64,000 nucleotides of DNA from Planctomycetota bacterium (GCA_047639315.1 JBLINQ010000005.1:337-64336), one strand, 5' to 3'. Counted from the stretch's first letter, positions 39,977-51,012 are shown. Notes: generated from the sequence alone by a model not told the origin. Made by a program: numbers and translations.

Positions 39977-40636
39977 GTGAATCAAGAAATCGCATCGAAA
40001 CTTACCCAGATCTTTGCCTCGTTGCCGGCCGACGATGAAGTCAGCCACTGCGTCTTGCTCTTTGGTGCTTTGATCAAAGATGCTGAATTAGCCGACCTTG
40101 CATTGAAAACCAGCCATGAACACGGCCTCGAAGGAACGCTCGCGTGCGAGGCGGTTCTTCAGTCCTTCCTCTTCGCCGGCTTTCCACGCTGTATCAATGG
40201 GCTCGAATCCTTCCGACGACACTACGGCGCCGACGCTTGCCTCAAACCAACGCGCAAAGAAGAAGCAAAGGACATCGAGCGTTTCCGTGAACGCGGCGAA
40301 GAGCTCTTTCGCAAGATCTACGGTGAAAACACGGAAGTGGTAATGGCGGCATTGGATCGCTATCACGGCGAGCTGAAAGATTGGATTTTGGTTGATGCCT
40401 ACGGCAAGATCCTGGCTCGCCCAGAACTGTCAGCGAAAGTGCGGGAATTGTGTGCTGTGATCGGTCTCTTGGTCAGCGGCGACACGCGCCAGCTCTCTTC
40501 TCACATTCGCGGTGCACTTCATTGCGGTGCAAAAACAAACGAGATCGATGCTGCCATCGATCTCGTCAGCTTTTTGTATTCAAGCGAGCGCCAAGATTTG
40601 GCTCATACCTTGGTGGCCAAGATAGCCAAAGCTTAG
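39977..40636 (+). CDS. carboxymuconolactone decarboxylase (AhpD-like) family protein
   Basis: 219 aa, all-helical pattern. The family call is from overall resemblance and is moderately uncertain. Confidence 0.5.
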   Translation: MNQEIASKLTQIFASLPADDEVSHCVLLFGALIKDAELADLALKTSHEHGLEGTLACEAVLQSFLFAGFPRCINGLESFRRHYGADACLKPTRKEEAKDIERFRERGEELFRKIYGENTEVVMAALDRYHGELKDWILVDAYGKILARPELSAKVRELCAVIGLLVSGDTRQLSSHIRGALHCGAKTNEIDAAIDLVSFLYSSERQDLAHTLVAKIAKA

Positions 40637-40648
40637 GCTGTGTGGCTC

Positions 40649-42907
40649 TTAGTTGAGCGAACGCTTGCGCACCCACCCGTCACCCGAGCCGCCGCCGTAG
40701 TTGGCCAAGAAGGGGTTAACCAATGGGAACGGAATTGGCGACATGCAATTGGTGAAGTTGACCTCACCGTTAATGCATTGACTGTAACCACAAGTCGTAA
40801 CGCCCGTGTCGTTCACAGCGATTCCCAATGACATCTCGTAGTAGCTCACACCATAGAGAGCGCCATCTTCAATCGCACCAGTCGGGCCAAAGCGCACCCA
40901 GAAGGCATCGTGGTTTCCAGGAACGATTTCTGAAATACCCGAGTAAAAGGCGGTACCATTGCGTTGAACAATATCGAGCCCGGCATCGTATTGATTCGAG
41001 CCAAAGACAATGCTGTACTTGAAGTCAAAGAGTCCCAAGCCTTGCGGGTACATCTTGGTCAAGAATGTATCGGAGGTTCCGGTTGTGAGGAACTGTGAGT
41101 TAAGCAAAGGGAAGTTCAAAGAATTCGTTTCTCCGGTCATATACACTTCGCCAGTATTCTTGTCGACATCCAAAGCGTAGATGTAATCATCGCCTGTGCC
41201 ACCCAAGTAGCTGGCGTACAACAAGTCAGAAAAACCATTGTTCCCCGGATCCATGATCGCCATGAAGCCATCCTTGCCACCACGGTTGATTGGCACAGCA
41301 ACATTGACATTGCCGATCGTAGGATGCAAAGAGAGGTCAAACGTCGAGAACGTCTCGCCACCGAGGAATGCCAAGTCGAATGGGCCAATCGCAACGTCGT
41401 AAATGATGTTGCTGGTGGCGTCGCCGATGAAGGTCGAATAAATCGGTGAAGCGGAACCTGGATTGATGACAGTAAAGAATCCGTCTTCCAGACCGCCATA
41501 GTAGGATTGGTAGCAATTCGTTGTGGTTGGGAAATCATCGGAATCAGTCCAACCGACAATGTAAGCCCAACCGTTGTCACGCAAAGCCAATCCGTAAGCG
41601 AAATCAAAACCTGATCCGCCAAGGAAAGTGCTGTACACGATCTGGGATCCATCAGCACTAATAATGGTGTAGAAAGAATCTGCTGCCGATGGCACCTTTG
41701 TTGATTGCATGGCGTTTGCAGTAACTGGGAAGTTGGCTGCTTCGGTGAAGCCAACAACATGGACATCGCCATTGGCAGACAATTGAATGTCAAAGGCCCA
41801 GTCAGCACCACCAGTGATCAAGAAGTCAATCGGATCGCCACCACCCAGGTAGCCACTCCAATGTTGGAAAGTTCCGGACTTGTCGAGCTTCATGACAAAG
41901 GCGTCGGCGATCTCGCCGTTATACGTTGGGTCAAACGAACCAGCAGTGACTGGCCACCCTGGCCCGAAGCCCATGATCGCTGGGTTTGAATGTGTACGAC
42001 CACAGACATAAATATGACCTTCGAGGTCCATCTGAAGGTGAATGGTGTGATCGGTGCCGTTGCCACCCATCAAAGTGCTGAAGATGACAAACGGATCGAT
42101 GACCAACTCATACTTGTTGTCATACTCTCCGAGCTTGAAGCTGGCTTCATTCTTTTCGTTCAGGACAAAGGAAACAGCAACTGGCTTCTTAACGCCATCA
42201 ATAACTTGCCATGCGACAGGAGCTTCCTCGCGAACCACACCGCCAACACCAGCACTTTCGTCGGAAAGACCCAAGACAATGTCGCCTTTGGCGTCGATCG
42301 CCACACTCTTAGCGCCAACGTAAGTCCAACGGATGTCCGATGGGTCAGACCCAGGCGCAACCTTGTAGGTTCCCTTGAGTCGTCCGGTCGTACCGTTGTA
42401 CAACAGGTCAATGCCCGAGTAGAGACCTTCGTAGGTAATGTCGGCGAAAGTGGAAACGCCCGTGTTCCATTTCTTCTTGTCGTTGCCGTAGAAGAAGTTG
42501 TTCTTGCCGCGCAATGGTTTGCTGGCTTTCAGGTGAACGCCATTCTCGGCGCCAAGGAATTGCACACCAATCGGAATGCTCTTTGACGCTGGTTTGGCGA
42601 CAGTGCCAGTATTGACTGGCAATGACAAAACCACACCGCCCTTCAGCATGGCGACACTACCGCCGGCACCGCGAGCTTCGAACTGGACGTTTGCTACGTT
42701 TTGACCGTGATTGAAAACGAAACCTAATGGCAAGGCGCCAAGTTGGGACATCACTTTCGATTGCTCCGCAGGTTCTAGGTCACGAAGCAACTCATTCTTC
42801 TTCTCGTTGATTTGCTCTTTTTCTTGAGCAAAAGCCGGCGCCTGAATGGCGACGGCGAGAAGAATTGCGGCGCAGGCCACGAGTTTGGAAAAGAATCGAA
42901 CGTTCAT
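40649..42907 (-). CDS. secreted SBBP (beta-propeller repeat) protein
   Basis: Signal peptide MNVRFFSKLVACAAILLAVAIQAPAFA. The motif LPLGFVFNHGQ...VQFEARG is present, and D.AY(G/A)(I/L)A(V/L)D-like repeats occur throughout. Confidence 0.7.
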   Translation of the reverse strand: MNVRFFSKLVACAAILLAVAIQAPAFAQEKEQINEKKNELLRDLEPAEQSKVMSQLGALPLGFVFNHGQNVANVQFEARGAGGSVAMLKGGVVLSLPVNTGTVAKPASKSIPIGVQFLGAENGVHLKASKPLRGKNNFFYGNDKKKWNTGVSTFADITYEGLYSGIDLLYNGTTGRLKGTYKVAPGSDPSDIRWTYVGAKSVAIDAKGDIVLGLSDESAGVGGVVREEAPVAWQVIDGVKKPVAVSFVLNEKNEASFKLGEYDNKYELVIDPFVIFSTLMGGNGTDHTIHLQMDLEGHIYVCGRTHSNPAIMGFGPGWPVTAGSFDPTYNGEIADAFVMKLDKSGTFQHWSGYLGGGDPIDFLITGGADWAFDIQLSANGDVHVVGFTEAANFPVTANAMQSTKVPSAADSFYTIISADGSQIVYSTFLGGSGFDFAYGLALRDNGWAYIVGWTDSDDFPTTTNCYQSYYGGLEDGFFTVINPGSASPIYSTFIGDATSNIIYDVAIGPFDLAFLGGETFSTFDLSLHPTIGNVNVAVPINRGGKDGFMAIMDPGNNGFSDLLYASYLGGTGDDYIYALDVDKNTGEVYMTGETNSLNFPLLNSQFLTTGTSDTFLTKMYPQGLGLFDFKYSIVFGSNQYDAGLDIVQRNGTAFYSGISEIVPGNHDAFWVRFGPTGAIEDGALYGVSYYEMSLGIAVNDTGVTTCGYSQCINGEVNFTNCMSPIPFPLVNPFLANYGGGSGDGWVRKRSLN

Positions 42908-43193
42908 TTATGTCTCTCTACAAACTATCCGTTACTAAACGGCAAGGCGGCACGGAGTGTCTCGCATTGGGGCATTATCTTATACTGGCGCTCAATAACG
43001 AAGAAACGTCTTTTTTCCTCGAATACGGGCGCTCAGATAAATTGGGCGTGCTACAAGTCACTGCTGTTCAGTATGTTAGATCTATGATCTCGGAATACGC
43101 CCATATGCAACCAGTGGGTATACTGCCTGCATACGTACTAATAGACATCATTAAACAGATATATCACTGCATTCAGACAATAGAGCACGATTC

Positions 43194-44285
43194 TTGGACG
43201 TTGAAATCATAGTCATTGGCGCCGGTGTGGTCGGCTTAGCCATTGGCCGCAAACTGGCTCGGGAAAAGCGCACCGTCATCATCGTTGAGCAAGAGGTCGG
43301 CTTCGGTCGACATTCCTCTTCTCGCAATTCTGAAGTCGTCCACGCTGGGTTCTACTACGAGCCTGGGTCGCTCAAAGCCGAGACTTGTGTTGCTGGCAAT
43401 CGGCTCTTGCAAAACTACGCCAGCAAGCACTCGGTGCCCCTGGCTACGATTGGAAAAGTGGTCGTGGCCGCCAACGTCGCCGAAATTGACTGCCTTGAGC
43501 AATTCCTTGTTAGAGGACGAGCCAATGGTGTCGCAAACTTGCGCCTCATCACCGAGTCAGAGTTACATGACCTGGAGCCTGAAGTCCGAGGCTGCGGCGC
43601 CCTTCTGTCCACAGCCACCGGAATTGTCGATAGCCACGGCTTCATGCAGTCGTTGCAAAATGACTTTGAGCAAGCTGGCGGGATGCTGGCATTCAACAGT
43701 CCCGTAGAAAAAGGCACATCAATCGAGTCGGGAATGCGCCTTCAGATCGGGGGGCGAGAACCAACGACAATCGATGCCCCGATCGTGATCAATGCGGCCG
43801 GCCTCTTCGCACCTCAACTGTCGGTCCTCTTAGGATTAGCTGAAGTGAATGCGATGAAGGGGCGCCTCGTCAAAGGCAACTACTTTGGCTATCAGGGTGC
43901 TTCCCCCTTCAAACGATTAGTCTATCCCCTCCCCTCCCAGGACGGCTTAGGGATTCACGCCACATTGGACTTGGCAGGGCAAATACGATTTGGCCCTGAC
44001 ACCGAAGATGTCGACGGGGTTGACTACGGTGTCAATGATTCCATCCGCAGTCGTTTTGCTGAGTCGATTCGAAAATACTGGCCGGGCGTTGAGGAGTCAC
44101 GGTTGCAGCCAGACTATTCTGGTATTCGGAGCAAGATTGTTGTGCCCGATGGGACGACACCAGACTTCGTCATCGACGACCGTCGGGCTCAAGGAGTTGG
44201 AGTCGTCAATCTCTTCGGCATTGAGTCGCCAGGGCTCACCTCGGCCTTGGCATTGGCCGAGAAAGTCTCGGCCATTCTCAATTAG
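43194..44285 (+). CDS. FAD-dependent oxidoreductase (L-2-hydroxyglutarate oxidase LhgO-like)
   Basis: TTG start, then VEIIVIGAGVVGLAIGRKLA...RNSEVVHAGFYY; 363 aa. Confidence 0.7.
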   Translation: MDVEIIVIGAGVVGLAIGRKLAREKRTVIIVEQEVGFGRHSSSRNSEVVHAGFYYEPGSLKAETCVAGNRLLQNYASKHSVPLATIGKVVVAANVAEIDCLEQFLVRGRANGVANLRLITESELHDLEPEVRGCGALLSTATGIVDSHGFMQSLQNDFEQAGGMLAFNSPVEKGTSIESGMRLQIGGREPTTIDAPIVINAAGLFAPQLSVLLGLAEVNAMKGRLVKGNYFGYQGASPFKRLVYPLPSQDGLGIHATLDLAGQIRFGPDTEDVDGVDYGVNDSIRSRFAESIRKYWPGVEESRLQPDYSGIRSKIVVPDGTTPDFVIDDRRAQGVGVVNLFGIESPGLTSALALAEKVSAILN

Positions 44286-44312
44286 GGAGAGGCTTTAGCA
44301 CCCTCTCCCTAA
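44282..44312. terminator. 11-bp perfect hairpin between convergent genes (no U-tract)
   Basis: TTAGGGAGAGG-CTTTAGCAC-CCTCTCCCTAA. The stem includes the TAG stop of the plus-strand gene. Confidence 0.5.
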
Positions 44313-44318
44313 ATGAGC

Positions 44319-44849
44319 TTACTCGCTCTCGGTCTCTTCCAGTGGACCAATGTCGATCAAGAGATCTCCGGGGTTGACGGTTTCGCCAGCTGCGACCGCA
44401 ACTTGACGAACAATCCCACTGGTTGTGGTCTTGATCTCGTTTTCCATCTTCATGGCTTCGAGAACGCACACCGAGTCGTTAGGCGCTACGATGTCGCCAA
44501 CCTTCACATTCACAGCGACAACAATGCCAGGCATCACAGCAGTCACCGCTTCGCCATCGGTACTCGCAACATCGCCCGCTATGAGCCGAGCGTTGCGTTC
44601 GCGTTCACTCTCAACATTGAGGTCGATACCGCGCCCATGATGAATAACGGTGACCACACCTTCATGATCCTCCATCAACAACTCATAAGAGTGCTTATTG
44701 ACCAAGAGTGAGTCGATTGAGGACCCGTTGGCGCGTTGAAAGTCTGCAGGGAAAGTCTTGCCGTCGTATTCGACTTCAAAACTTCCGTCCTCCATCTCGT
44801 GGACTTCGACGTCCCATTCATTGTCTTCGTGGCTGACGACGTACTTCAT
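44319..44849 (-). CDS. biotin carboxyl carrier protein subunit of acyl-CoA carboxylase
   Basis: Biotinylation motif VLEAMKMENEI. Its ATG at 44849 overlaps the accC stop as ATGA. Confidence 0.85.
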   Translation of the reverse strand: MKYVVSHEDNEWDVEVHEMEDGSFEVEYDGKTFPADFQRANGSSIDSLLVNKHSYELLMEDHEGVVTVIHHGRGIDLNVESERERNARLIAGDVASTDGEAVTAVMPGIVVAVNVKVGDIVAPNDSVCVLEAMKMENEIKTTTSGIVRQVAVAAGETVNPGDLLIDIGPLEETESE

Positions 44850-46339
44850 ATCCGTCGCACTCCCTTCATGCGTCCGTAACTCTTCCAAGGATCAAGGGCA
44901 CCCTTGCCACCCACCAGTTTCTTCGCCTTCGTGCCGTGAATGTGCCGATAAATCGCCGCAGCGATAATCGAGGCATCCAAGAGGTCTTGCCGCAATTCAG
45001 GCTTCTCGAAGGACTCGAGGAACGAGGTGTCATACTCGCCATAACGGAAACGAGCATCACGAATGACCTCGCCCAAGAATGGGATGTTCGTCTTGAGGCC
45101 CGACAATTTGAATTCGGCAAGCGCTTGCATCATGCGACGAAGCGCTTCATTGCGATCTTTGCCATAGCAAATCAACTTCGCCAGCATCGAGTCATAGTAA
45201 AGGCCAATTTCCATACCCTGGGACAAAGCCGAATCCAATCGAACGCCCGGCCCTTGCGGCAAAGTCATGGCTTGGATGGTGCCCACGGCTGGCATGTAGT
45301 TGTTGTCAGGATCTTCAGCGCAGACACGAACTTCAATGGCATGCCCGCGAGGCTGGAGGTCTTCCTGAGTAAAGGACAAGGGTTGTCCAGCGGCGACCTT
45401 CAACTGCTCGGTCACGAGATCGACATTGAGAATCATCTCAGTGATCGGGTGTTCAACTTGCAGCCTCGTGTTGACTTCAAGGAAGTAGAAATTTCGGTCT
45501 TTGTCGACAAGGAACTCGACAGTTCCGGCGTTGTCATAACCAAGTGCTTTCGCCGATTGAATGGCTGCTTCAGCCATAGCCGAACGTAGTTCAGGTGTCA
45601 TGAATGGGCTGGGAGTTTCTTCCACTACCTTCTGATGACGGCGCTGAATACTGCACTCGCGTTCATAAAGGTGCACAACGTTGCCGTGCTTATCACCGAA
45701 AATCTGAAACTCGATGTGATGTGGGCCGAGGACGGCTTTCTCGACAAAGACCCGCCCATCACCAAAAGCCTTAGCCGATTCGCCAACGCTTCGCTCGTAG
45801 GATGACCAAAGATCTTCTTCTTTGTGAACGATGCGAATGCCTTTGCCACCACCACCAGCGGTGGCCTTCAGCATAACCGGGTAGCCGATCTTATTGGCTG
45901 CTGCCTTGAGCTCGTCTTCGGTGAAGGATTCAGCTTCGACACCCGGAATGACAGGAACGCCGGCTTCCTTCATGAGATTCCGCGAATTGATTTTGTCGCC
46001 CATCTCATCAATCGCACGCGGATTGGGACCGATGAAGGCAATGCCCTTCTCAGCCGCGGCTCGCGCGAAATCAGCATTCTCTGACAAGAATCCGTAGCCT
46101 GGATGAATGGCGTCAGCCCCGCTCTCTTCAGCGACGGCAAGGATCTTCTCAGTATCCAAGTAGCTGGTGGCCGCTTCGGGTCCGCCGATGCAATAAGCTT
46201 CATCGGCGAGTCGCACTGCGCGACTCAAACGGTCGGCTGTTGAATAAACCAGAACCGTGTGGATTCCCAAGGCATGGCAACCACGAATCACGCGGATGGC
46301 AATCTCACCTCGGTTGGCAATTAGAACTTTCTCAAACAT
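44846..46339 (-). CDS. accC: biotin carboxylase subunit
   Basis: MFEKVLIANRGEIAIRVIR...; the ATP-grasp region is conserved; 497 aa. Confidence 0.9.
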   Translation of the reverse strand: MFEKVLIANRGEIAIRVIRGCHALGIHTVLVYSTADRLSRAVRLADEAYCIGGPEAATSYLDTEKILAVAEESGADAIHPGYGFLSENADFARAAAEKGIAFIGPNPRAIDEMGDKINSRNLMKEAGVPVIPGVEAESFTEDELKAAANKIGYPVMLKATAGGGGKGIRIVHKEEDLWSSYERSVGESAKAFGDGRVFVEKAVLGPHHIEFQIFGDKHGNVVHLYERECSIQRRHQKVVEETPSPFMTPELRSAMAEAAIQSAKALGYDNAGTVEFLVDKDRNFYFLEVNTRLQVEHPITEMILNVDLVTEQLKVAAGQPLSFTQEDLQPRGHAIEVRVCAEDPDNNYMPAVGTIQAMTLPQGPGVRLDSALSQGMEIGLYYDSMLAKLICYGKDRNEALRRMMQALAEFKLSGLKTNIPFLGEVIRDARFRYGEYDTSFLESFEKPELRQDLLDASIIAAAIYRHIHGTKAKKLVGGKGALDPWKSYGRMKGVRRI

Positions 46340-46346
46340 GGTCGCC

Positions 46347-47897
46347 TCAAAGTGGGATATTGCCGTGCTTCTTTGTCGGATTCTCGTCGCGCTTGTTCTC
46401 GAGTAACTCGAGCGATTGAATCAACCTCTGCCGCGTTTTCGATGGTTCGATCACTTCATCGACATAACCATGAGCTGCCGCGACGTATGGGTTGTTGAAC
46501 TTCGTTTCGTAGTCAGAAACCAACTCATCCAATGTTACTGCAGGGTCTTCTGCGTCTTTGAGTTGCTTGCGGAAGATGATCTCAACTGCACCTTTTGCGC
46601 CCATAACGGCGATTTCTGCTGAAGGCCAAGCAAAATTCATGTCACCACGAACATGCTTCGAATTCATCACGTCGTACGCGCCACCGTAAGCCTTGCGGGT
46701 AATAACCGTGATCTTAGGAACAGTTGCTTCGCAATAGGCATAGAGGAGTTTGGCTCCGTGGCGAATGATGCCGCCGTGCTCTTGAGAGACACCGGGCAAG
46801 AACCCAGGAACATCTTCAAACGTGACGATCGGGATATTGAAAGCATCACAGAAGCGGACAAAACGCGCGCCCTTGACCGAGGCATCAATATCCAAGCACC
46901 CGGCCAAGACCGCTGGCTGGTTCGCCACGATGCCGATCACGCGGCCGTCCATTCGAGCGAAGCCAATGACGATGTTCATCGCCCAGTCTTTCATGACTTC
47001 GAAGATATTACCGTTATCGACAATGCCTTTGATCACTTCACGAATGTCATAGGGTTTGTTCGGATTCTCAGGAACCATGGAATCGAGCGCCACATCAGCG
47101 CGATCCACGGGATCAGTGCAAGAGTGACGTGGTGCGTCTTCCAAGTTGTTGAGTGGTAAGTAGCTAAACAGCTCACGCGTCAAGGCAATCGCCTCAGCAT
47201 CGGTCTTGGCTGAGAAGTGAGCAACTCCACTCTTAGAGTTATGCGCCTTGGCGCCGCCAAGCTCCTCGCGGGTAACATCTTCATGGGTGACAGTCTTCAC
47301 GACATCAGGCCCAGTGATGAACATGTAACTGGTGTCCTCGACCATCGTCACGAAGTCGGTGATTGCAGGTGAATAGACCGCACCGCCAGCACAAGGACCC
47401 ATGATGACGCTAAGCTGCGGGATAACACCTGATGCAAGCGTGTTACGCAAGAAGAGATCGGCGTAGCCACCCAGACTGACGACACCTTCTTGGATGCGCG
47501 CTCCGCCGGAATCGCACAAGCCGATGACAGGCTTGCCACCCTTCAATGCCAAATCCATGACTTTGCAAATCTTGGCGGCATGAGTCTCAGACAAGGAGCC
47601 ACCAAAAACGGTGAAGTCTTGAGCGAAGACATAGGAGAACCGGCCATCGATCTTGCCGTATCCACAGACAACGCCATCGCCGAGGAAATCTTGCTTCTCC
47701 AAGCCGAAATCCCGACACCGATGACGAGCAAACATGTCGAGCTCAACGAAGGTTCCCGAATCGAGCAGTAACTCGATTCGCTCTCTCGCCGTTAGCTGAC
47801 CGCGTGCATGTTGGGCGGCAATTCGAGCTTCACCACCACCGAGCTTGGCCTGCTCGCGCATTTCTTGGAGTCGACTAATCTTATCTTCAGCACTCAT
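46347..47897 (-). CDS. pccB: acyl-CoA carboxylase carboxyltransferase subunit (propionyl-CoA carboxylase beta / methylmalonyl-CoA carboxyltransferase)
   Basis: 516 aa, with the conserved [10 protein letters not shown] and [12 protein letters not shown] motifs. Confidence 0.88.
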   Translation of the reverse strand: MSAEDKISRLQEMREQAKLGGGEARIAAQHARGQLTARERIELLLDSGTFVELDMFARHRCRDFGLEKQDFLGDGVVCGYGKIDGRFSYVFAQDFTVFGGSLSETHAAKICKVMDLALKGGKPVIGLCDSGGARIQEGVVSLGGYADLFLRNTLASGVIPQLSVIMGPCAGGAVYSPAITDFVTMVEDTSYMFITGPDVVKTVTHEDVTREELGGAKAHNSKSGVAHFSAKTDAEAIALTRELFSYLPLNNLEDAPRHSCTDPVDRADVALDSMVPENPNKPYDIREVIKGIVDNGNIFEVMKDWAMNIVIGFARMDGRVIGIVANQPAVLAGCLDIDASVKGARFVRFCDAFNIPIVTFEDVPGFLPGVSQEHGGIIRHGAKLLYAYCEATVPKITVITRKAYGGAYDVMNSKHVRGDMNFAWPSAEIAVMGAKGAVEIIFRKQLKDAEDPAVTLDELVSDYETKFNNPYVAAAHGYVDEVIEPSKTRQRLIQSLELLENKRDENPTKKHGNIPL

Positions 47898-48301
47898 TAT
47901 TTGGCTTTCTCACTTAGCTCAATCAGGACACCGCCAGTGCTCTTCGGATGCACAAATGCAATCCGGCAACCGCCAGCACCAATCCTTGGAGTCTCGTCAA
48001 TGAGTCGAAGACCCTTGGCCTTAAATCGTTCGAGGGTCTCTTCAATGTTATCCACCGCCAAGCAAACATGGTGGATGCCTGGGCCACGTTTTTTTAGGAA
48101 GTTGCCGATGGGAGAGTCGTCCTCGGTCGGCTCCAAGAGCTCGATGGTGTCATTGCCACCTTTGAGTTTGGCAACCCGGACTTTTTGTTCTACGACCGTT
48201 TCGAAGCCACAGAATTCGAGGCCCAGCACGTCCCGATATACGGAAAGTGCCTCCTCTAAATTCGGGACCGCAATTCCGATGTGATCAACCTTTTCAATCA
48301 T
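47897..48301 (-). CDS. mce: methylmalonyl-CoA epimerase (VOC family)
   Basis: [27 protein letters not shown]...[12 protein letters not shown]; the TAATG junction overlaps the pccB start. Confidence 0.85.
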   Translation of the reverse strand: MIEKVDHIGIAVPNLEEALSVYRDVLGLEFCGFETVVEQKVRVAKLKGGNDTIELLEPTEDDSPIGNFLKKRGPGIHHVCLAVDNIEETLERFKAKGLRLIDETPRIGAGGCRIAFVHPKSTGGVLIELSEKAK

Positions 48302-48373
48302 GGCTTCCCCCGACCCCCAAAAAGAGCCCTATCTCTTTACCTGGCATAGTTTTACGAATTCTGGCAGTGCCCA

Positions 48374-48401
48374 ATGATAGCACAATTAGAAAGGCCGTCA
48401 A
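48374..48401 (-). promoter_or_regulatory. candidate sigma-70-type promoter for the mce-pccB-accC-BCCP operon
   Basis: The minus strand reads TTGACG-N16-TATCAT, ending 72 nt upstream of the mce ATG. This is a pattern match only. Confidence 0.3.
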
Positions 48402-48820
48402 TCCGCCAGGAGGAAGACTCTATAAAGCCCTATTGAGGAACGATGATCTCGAGGCCCATGAAGTCTTCTTGGTCGACACGCCAGGCCCCGGCGCATGGCC
48501 GCAAGAGTTCTGAGGCGGGTTGTATGATGCGGCAGCTCAATCTCGATTTGGTCGAGATCGCTGGTGATCATCATGACCCGAATCTTGCGCGCCATGAGCC
48601 CGAAGGTTGTCTGATCGCCGGCAACTTCTTGTTTGAGAAAGAAAACGTAGCGCCGCACTTGCACTGGAAGGCCCATATCCCGAGCGAACAATCCGACTTT
48701 GGAGTTCTCGGCAATCTCATTGAGAACCGCATTCAAGAGATGCCATCGGTCGGCATGACGGAGATGAATGACAGGGTCAAATCCTTCGGTTTTCGTCGCC
48801 ACCTCCAAGACCGCACTCAC
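48398..48820 (-). CDS. hypothetical protein
   Basis: 140-aa ORF with a GTG start. The N-terminal ~100 aa look protein-like and the C-terminal part is Arg-rich. A competing plus-strand ORF (48443-48898) looks less plausible. Confidence 0.35.
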   Translation of the reverse strand: MSAVLEVATKTEGFDPVIHLRHADRWHLLNAVLNEIAENSKVGLFARDMGLPVQVRRYVFFLKQEVAGDQTTFGLMARKIRVMMITSDLDQIEIELPHHTTRLRTLAAMRRGLACRPRRLHGPRDHRSSIGLYRVFLLAD

Positions 48821-49103
48821 TGCTTCATCATTGATGAAAATCTCGGCTGCTTCTTATTCGAAGACGGTTCGGATGAGGAGTTTGTTATCGACGTTTGAAT
48901 TGAGCGAGATGTCACCCGATTCTTAGATTCCCTGGCGTGCCACTCTCGCTTCGAACGCACGCGCCCCCACCAACGGCCAATGCCAAAGAGCAAGACACCA
49001 ACAAGCACTTTCACCTAGTGATCAACATTGAGTTCGTCTATCAACTCAATGACCTTGCTCATACTTTCCAACTCTCTCCAATCGGATATTGCGCCGACTT
49101 TGC

Positions 49104-49964
49104 TCAGTCTTTCTTCGTCACAGCGCGCATGTATTCTGGGTTCGTCGCGATGGAATTGTGTCCGACCCCTTTGAGCTCAACTAACTCGGCCACACCCGGC
49201 GAAAAATGCTTCATCAATGCTTGCGATCGCTTGGGCGCAATGATCTCGTCAAGCTCGGCAATGACAACAAGAGTTGGTGCAGTCACCAGCGGCGCCTCAC
49301 GCCAAGACTCGAATTTATCGTGGAGCATCAGCCCCACAGGAAACACCGGAAATTGACCCTTGGCGACGTTCAAAATGCTATCGTAGGGCGTAACCAAGAT
49401 AAGGCGAGAGACTGGCTTCTTGGACGCCACATGGATTGCGATTCCTGACCCAAGGCTTCTCCCCACGACGATGACATGCTCATGTTCTTGATGAACCTGA
49501 TCAAACATCGCTTGCCCGTCAGCGAAGAGAGCATCTTGGCTCGGACTACCACTGCTACCGCCATAACCACGATAGTGAACCATGTAGATCGCATGCCGCG
49601 GAAATCCGTGCGCGAACCTATCAAGGCTGGCAGACACATCTTCACCATTCCCACCAAAGTACAAGACAGCCTCATCAAAGCTTCGAGGACGCACTGAAAC
49701 CTGGAGCGTAGCGCCTTCGACCTCAAATGCTCTCAAAGTACTTTGACGTTCTTTTGGCACCCGAGTTGGATGATAGAGCAGTGACCGCTGGAAGAAGAAC
49801 AGAAGAAGACAGATGCCCAAGTAAGTAGAAACAACGATCACGATCATGCGTCGAATGGCTCGTTTCTTTGGTTTCTCGGCAACTGAGCCGGGGTTTGATT
49901 GCGGTGACAAGGTCGAAGCCATTCCATCTAGAACAAGGAAAATAACAACACCACGGATCCCCAA
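49104..49964 (-). CDS. alpha/beta-fold hydrolase with N-terminal membrane anchor
   Basis: Nucleophile elbow VVGRSLGSGIA and an N-terminal TM (MIVIVVSTYLGICLLLFFF). The exact start is uncertain. Confidence 0.65.
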   Translation of the reverse strand: MGIRGVVIFLVLDGMASTLSPQSNPGSVAEKPKKRAIRRMIVIVVSTYLGICLLLFFFQRSLLYHPTRVPKERQSTLRAFEVEGATLQVSVRPRSFDEAVLYFGGNGEDVSASLDRFAHGFPRHAIYMVHYRGYGGSSGSPSQDALFADGQAMFDQVHQEHEHVIVVGRSLGSGIAIHVASKKPVSRLILVTPYDSILNVAKGQFPVFPVGLMLHDKFESWREAPLVTAPTLVVIAELDEIIAPKRSQALMKHFSPGVAELVELKGVGHNSIATNPEYMRAVTKKD

Positions 49965-50010
49965 GTCTATCGAAAATGGTTTAGCATGGCTCGATCAAAT
50001 CCTCACTTGA

Positions 50011-50586
50011 ATGGAGTCTCTCATGGAATTCCTAACGGAACTCTGGTTACCAATTATTCTCTCGGCTGTTGGTGTCTTCGTAGTCAGCTCGATCATCCAC
50101 ATGGCTACACCCATGCACAAGAAAGACTGGGCCCACCTCGATGGCGAGGAAGACATCTTGGCCGACATGAGAAAGGGCGACATCAAGCCTGGCAATTATA
50201 TGTTCCCTGCTGCCCAAGATATGAAGGACATGAGCAACCCTGAATACATTGCCAAATGTGAGCGAGGCCCGGTCGGCTACATGATCATCTTGCCCAGTAA
50301 GATCTGGGACATGAACAAGAGCTTGCTTCATTGGTTCCTCTATTCGCTTCTCATCAGCGTCATGACAGCATACGTCTCCGAGTTTGCTCTCAAGGGACCC
50401 CAAGAATTCAGCGAGGTGTTCCGTCTTTCAGGAACAGTCGCAACGATCGCCTACGCCTTGGCTTCTTTTCCCGATTCGATCTGGAAAGGGATCAAGTGGG
50501 ACGTGACGTTCCGGTTCATGGTCGATGGCATCTTCTATGGCCTGACGACCGGTGCCATTTTTGCCGCCATGTGGCCAGCCCCTTAA
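50011..50586 (+). CDS. hypothetical membrane protein
   Basis: 191 aa with 4 hydrophobic helices. Confidence 0.5.
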   Translation: MESLMEFLTELWLPIILSAVGVFVVSSIIHMATPMHKKDWAHLDGEEDILADMRKGDIKPGNYMFPAAQDMKDMSNPEYIAKCERGPVGYMIILPSKIWDMNKSLLHWFLYSLLISVMTAYVSEFALKGPQEFSEVFRLSGTVATIAYALASFPDSIWKGIKWDVTFRFMVDGIFYGLTTGAIFAAMWPAP

Positions 50587-50610
50587 CCACTCGGTCTCAA
50601 GCGAGGCCGA

Positions 50611-51012
50611 TCAGGATTCGCGATAGCCAAGAACAACGAGCAAGCATGGTCCACTGTGTATCGTGGTCATGTTTGCTTTTTCCGCCATGGCAATCGCCGC
50701 CGGAGACTCAGCCCCAGGCTGCATCCAAATGGCGGAGATGCCCAATTCAATCGCCTCTGCGATCAACTGCTCAGTAATCTTGGGCGGCGTGATGATAGAG
50801 AGAGCGACTTCCTTTGGGCGCTCAATATCTGACAACGACGCGATGGCCTTGACCCCTTCAATCTCCGTCGCCCGCGGATTCAGACCAATAGCATCCCGCC
50901 CATTCTGCAAGTAGCAGCGAAGCACCTTGTTGCCATACTTCATGCGGTTCGTCGAAGCTCCAGCCACAACAAAACGGTCGTAGGCCAAAAAATCCGTGGT
51001 GTCGTCACTCAT
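50611..51012 (-). CDS. CoA-binding domain protein (YccU/YneT-like)
   Basis: RFVVAGASTNRMKYGNKVLR...AIWMQPGAES is typical of this family. An ATGA overlap joins it to hslO. Confidence 0.75.
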   Translation of the reverse strand: MSDDTTDFLAYDRFVVAGASTNRMKYGNKVLRCYLQNGRDAIGLNPRATEIEGVKAIASLSDIERPKEVALSIITPPKITEQLIAEAIELGISAIWMQPGAESPAAIAMAEKANMTTIHSGPCLLVVLGYRES

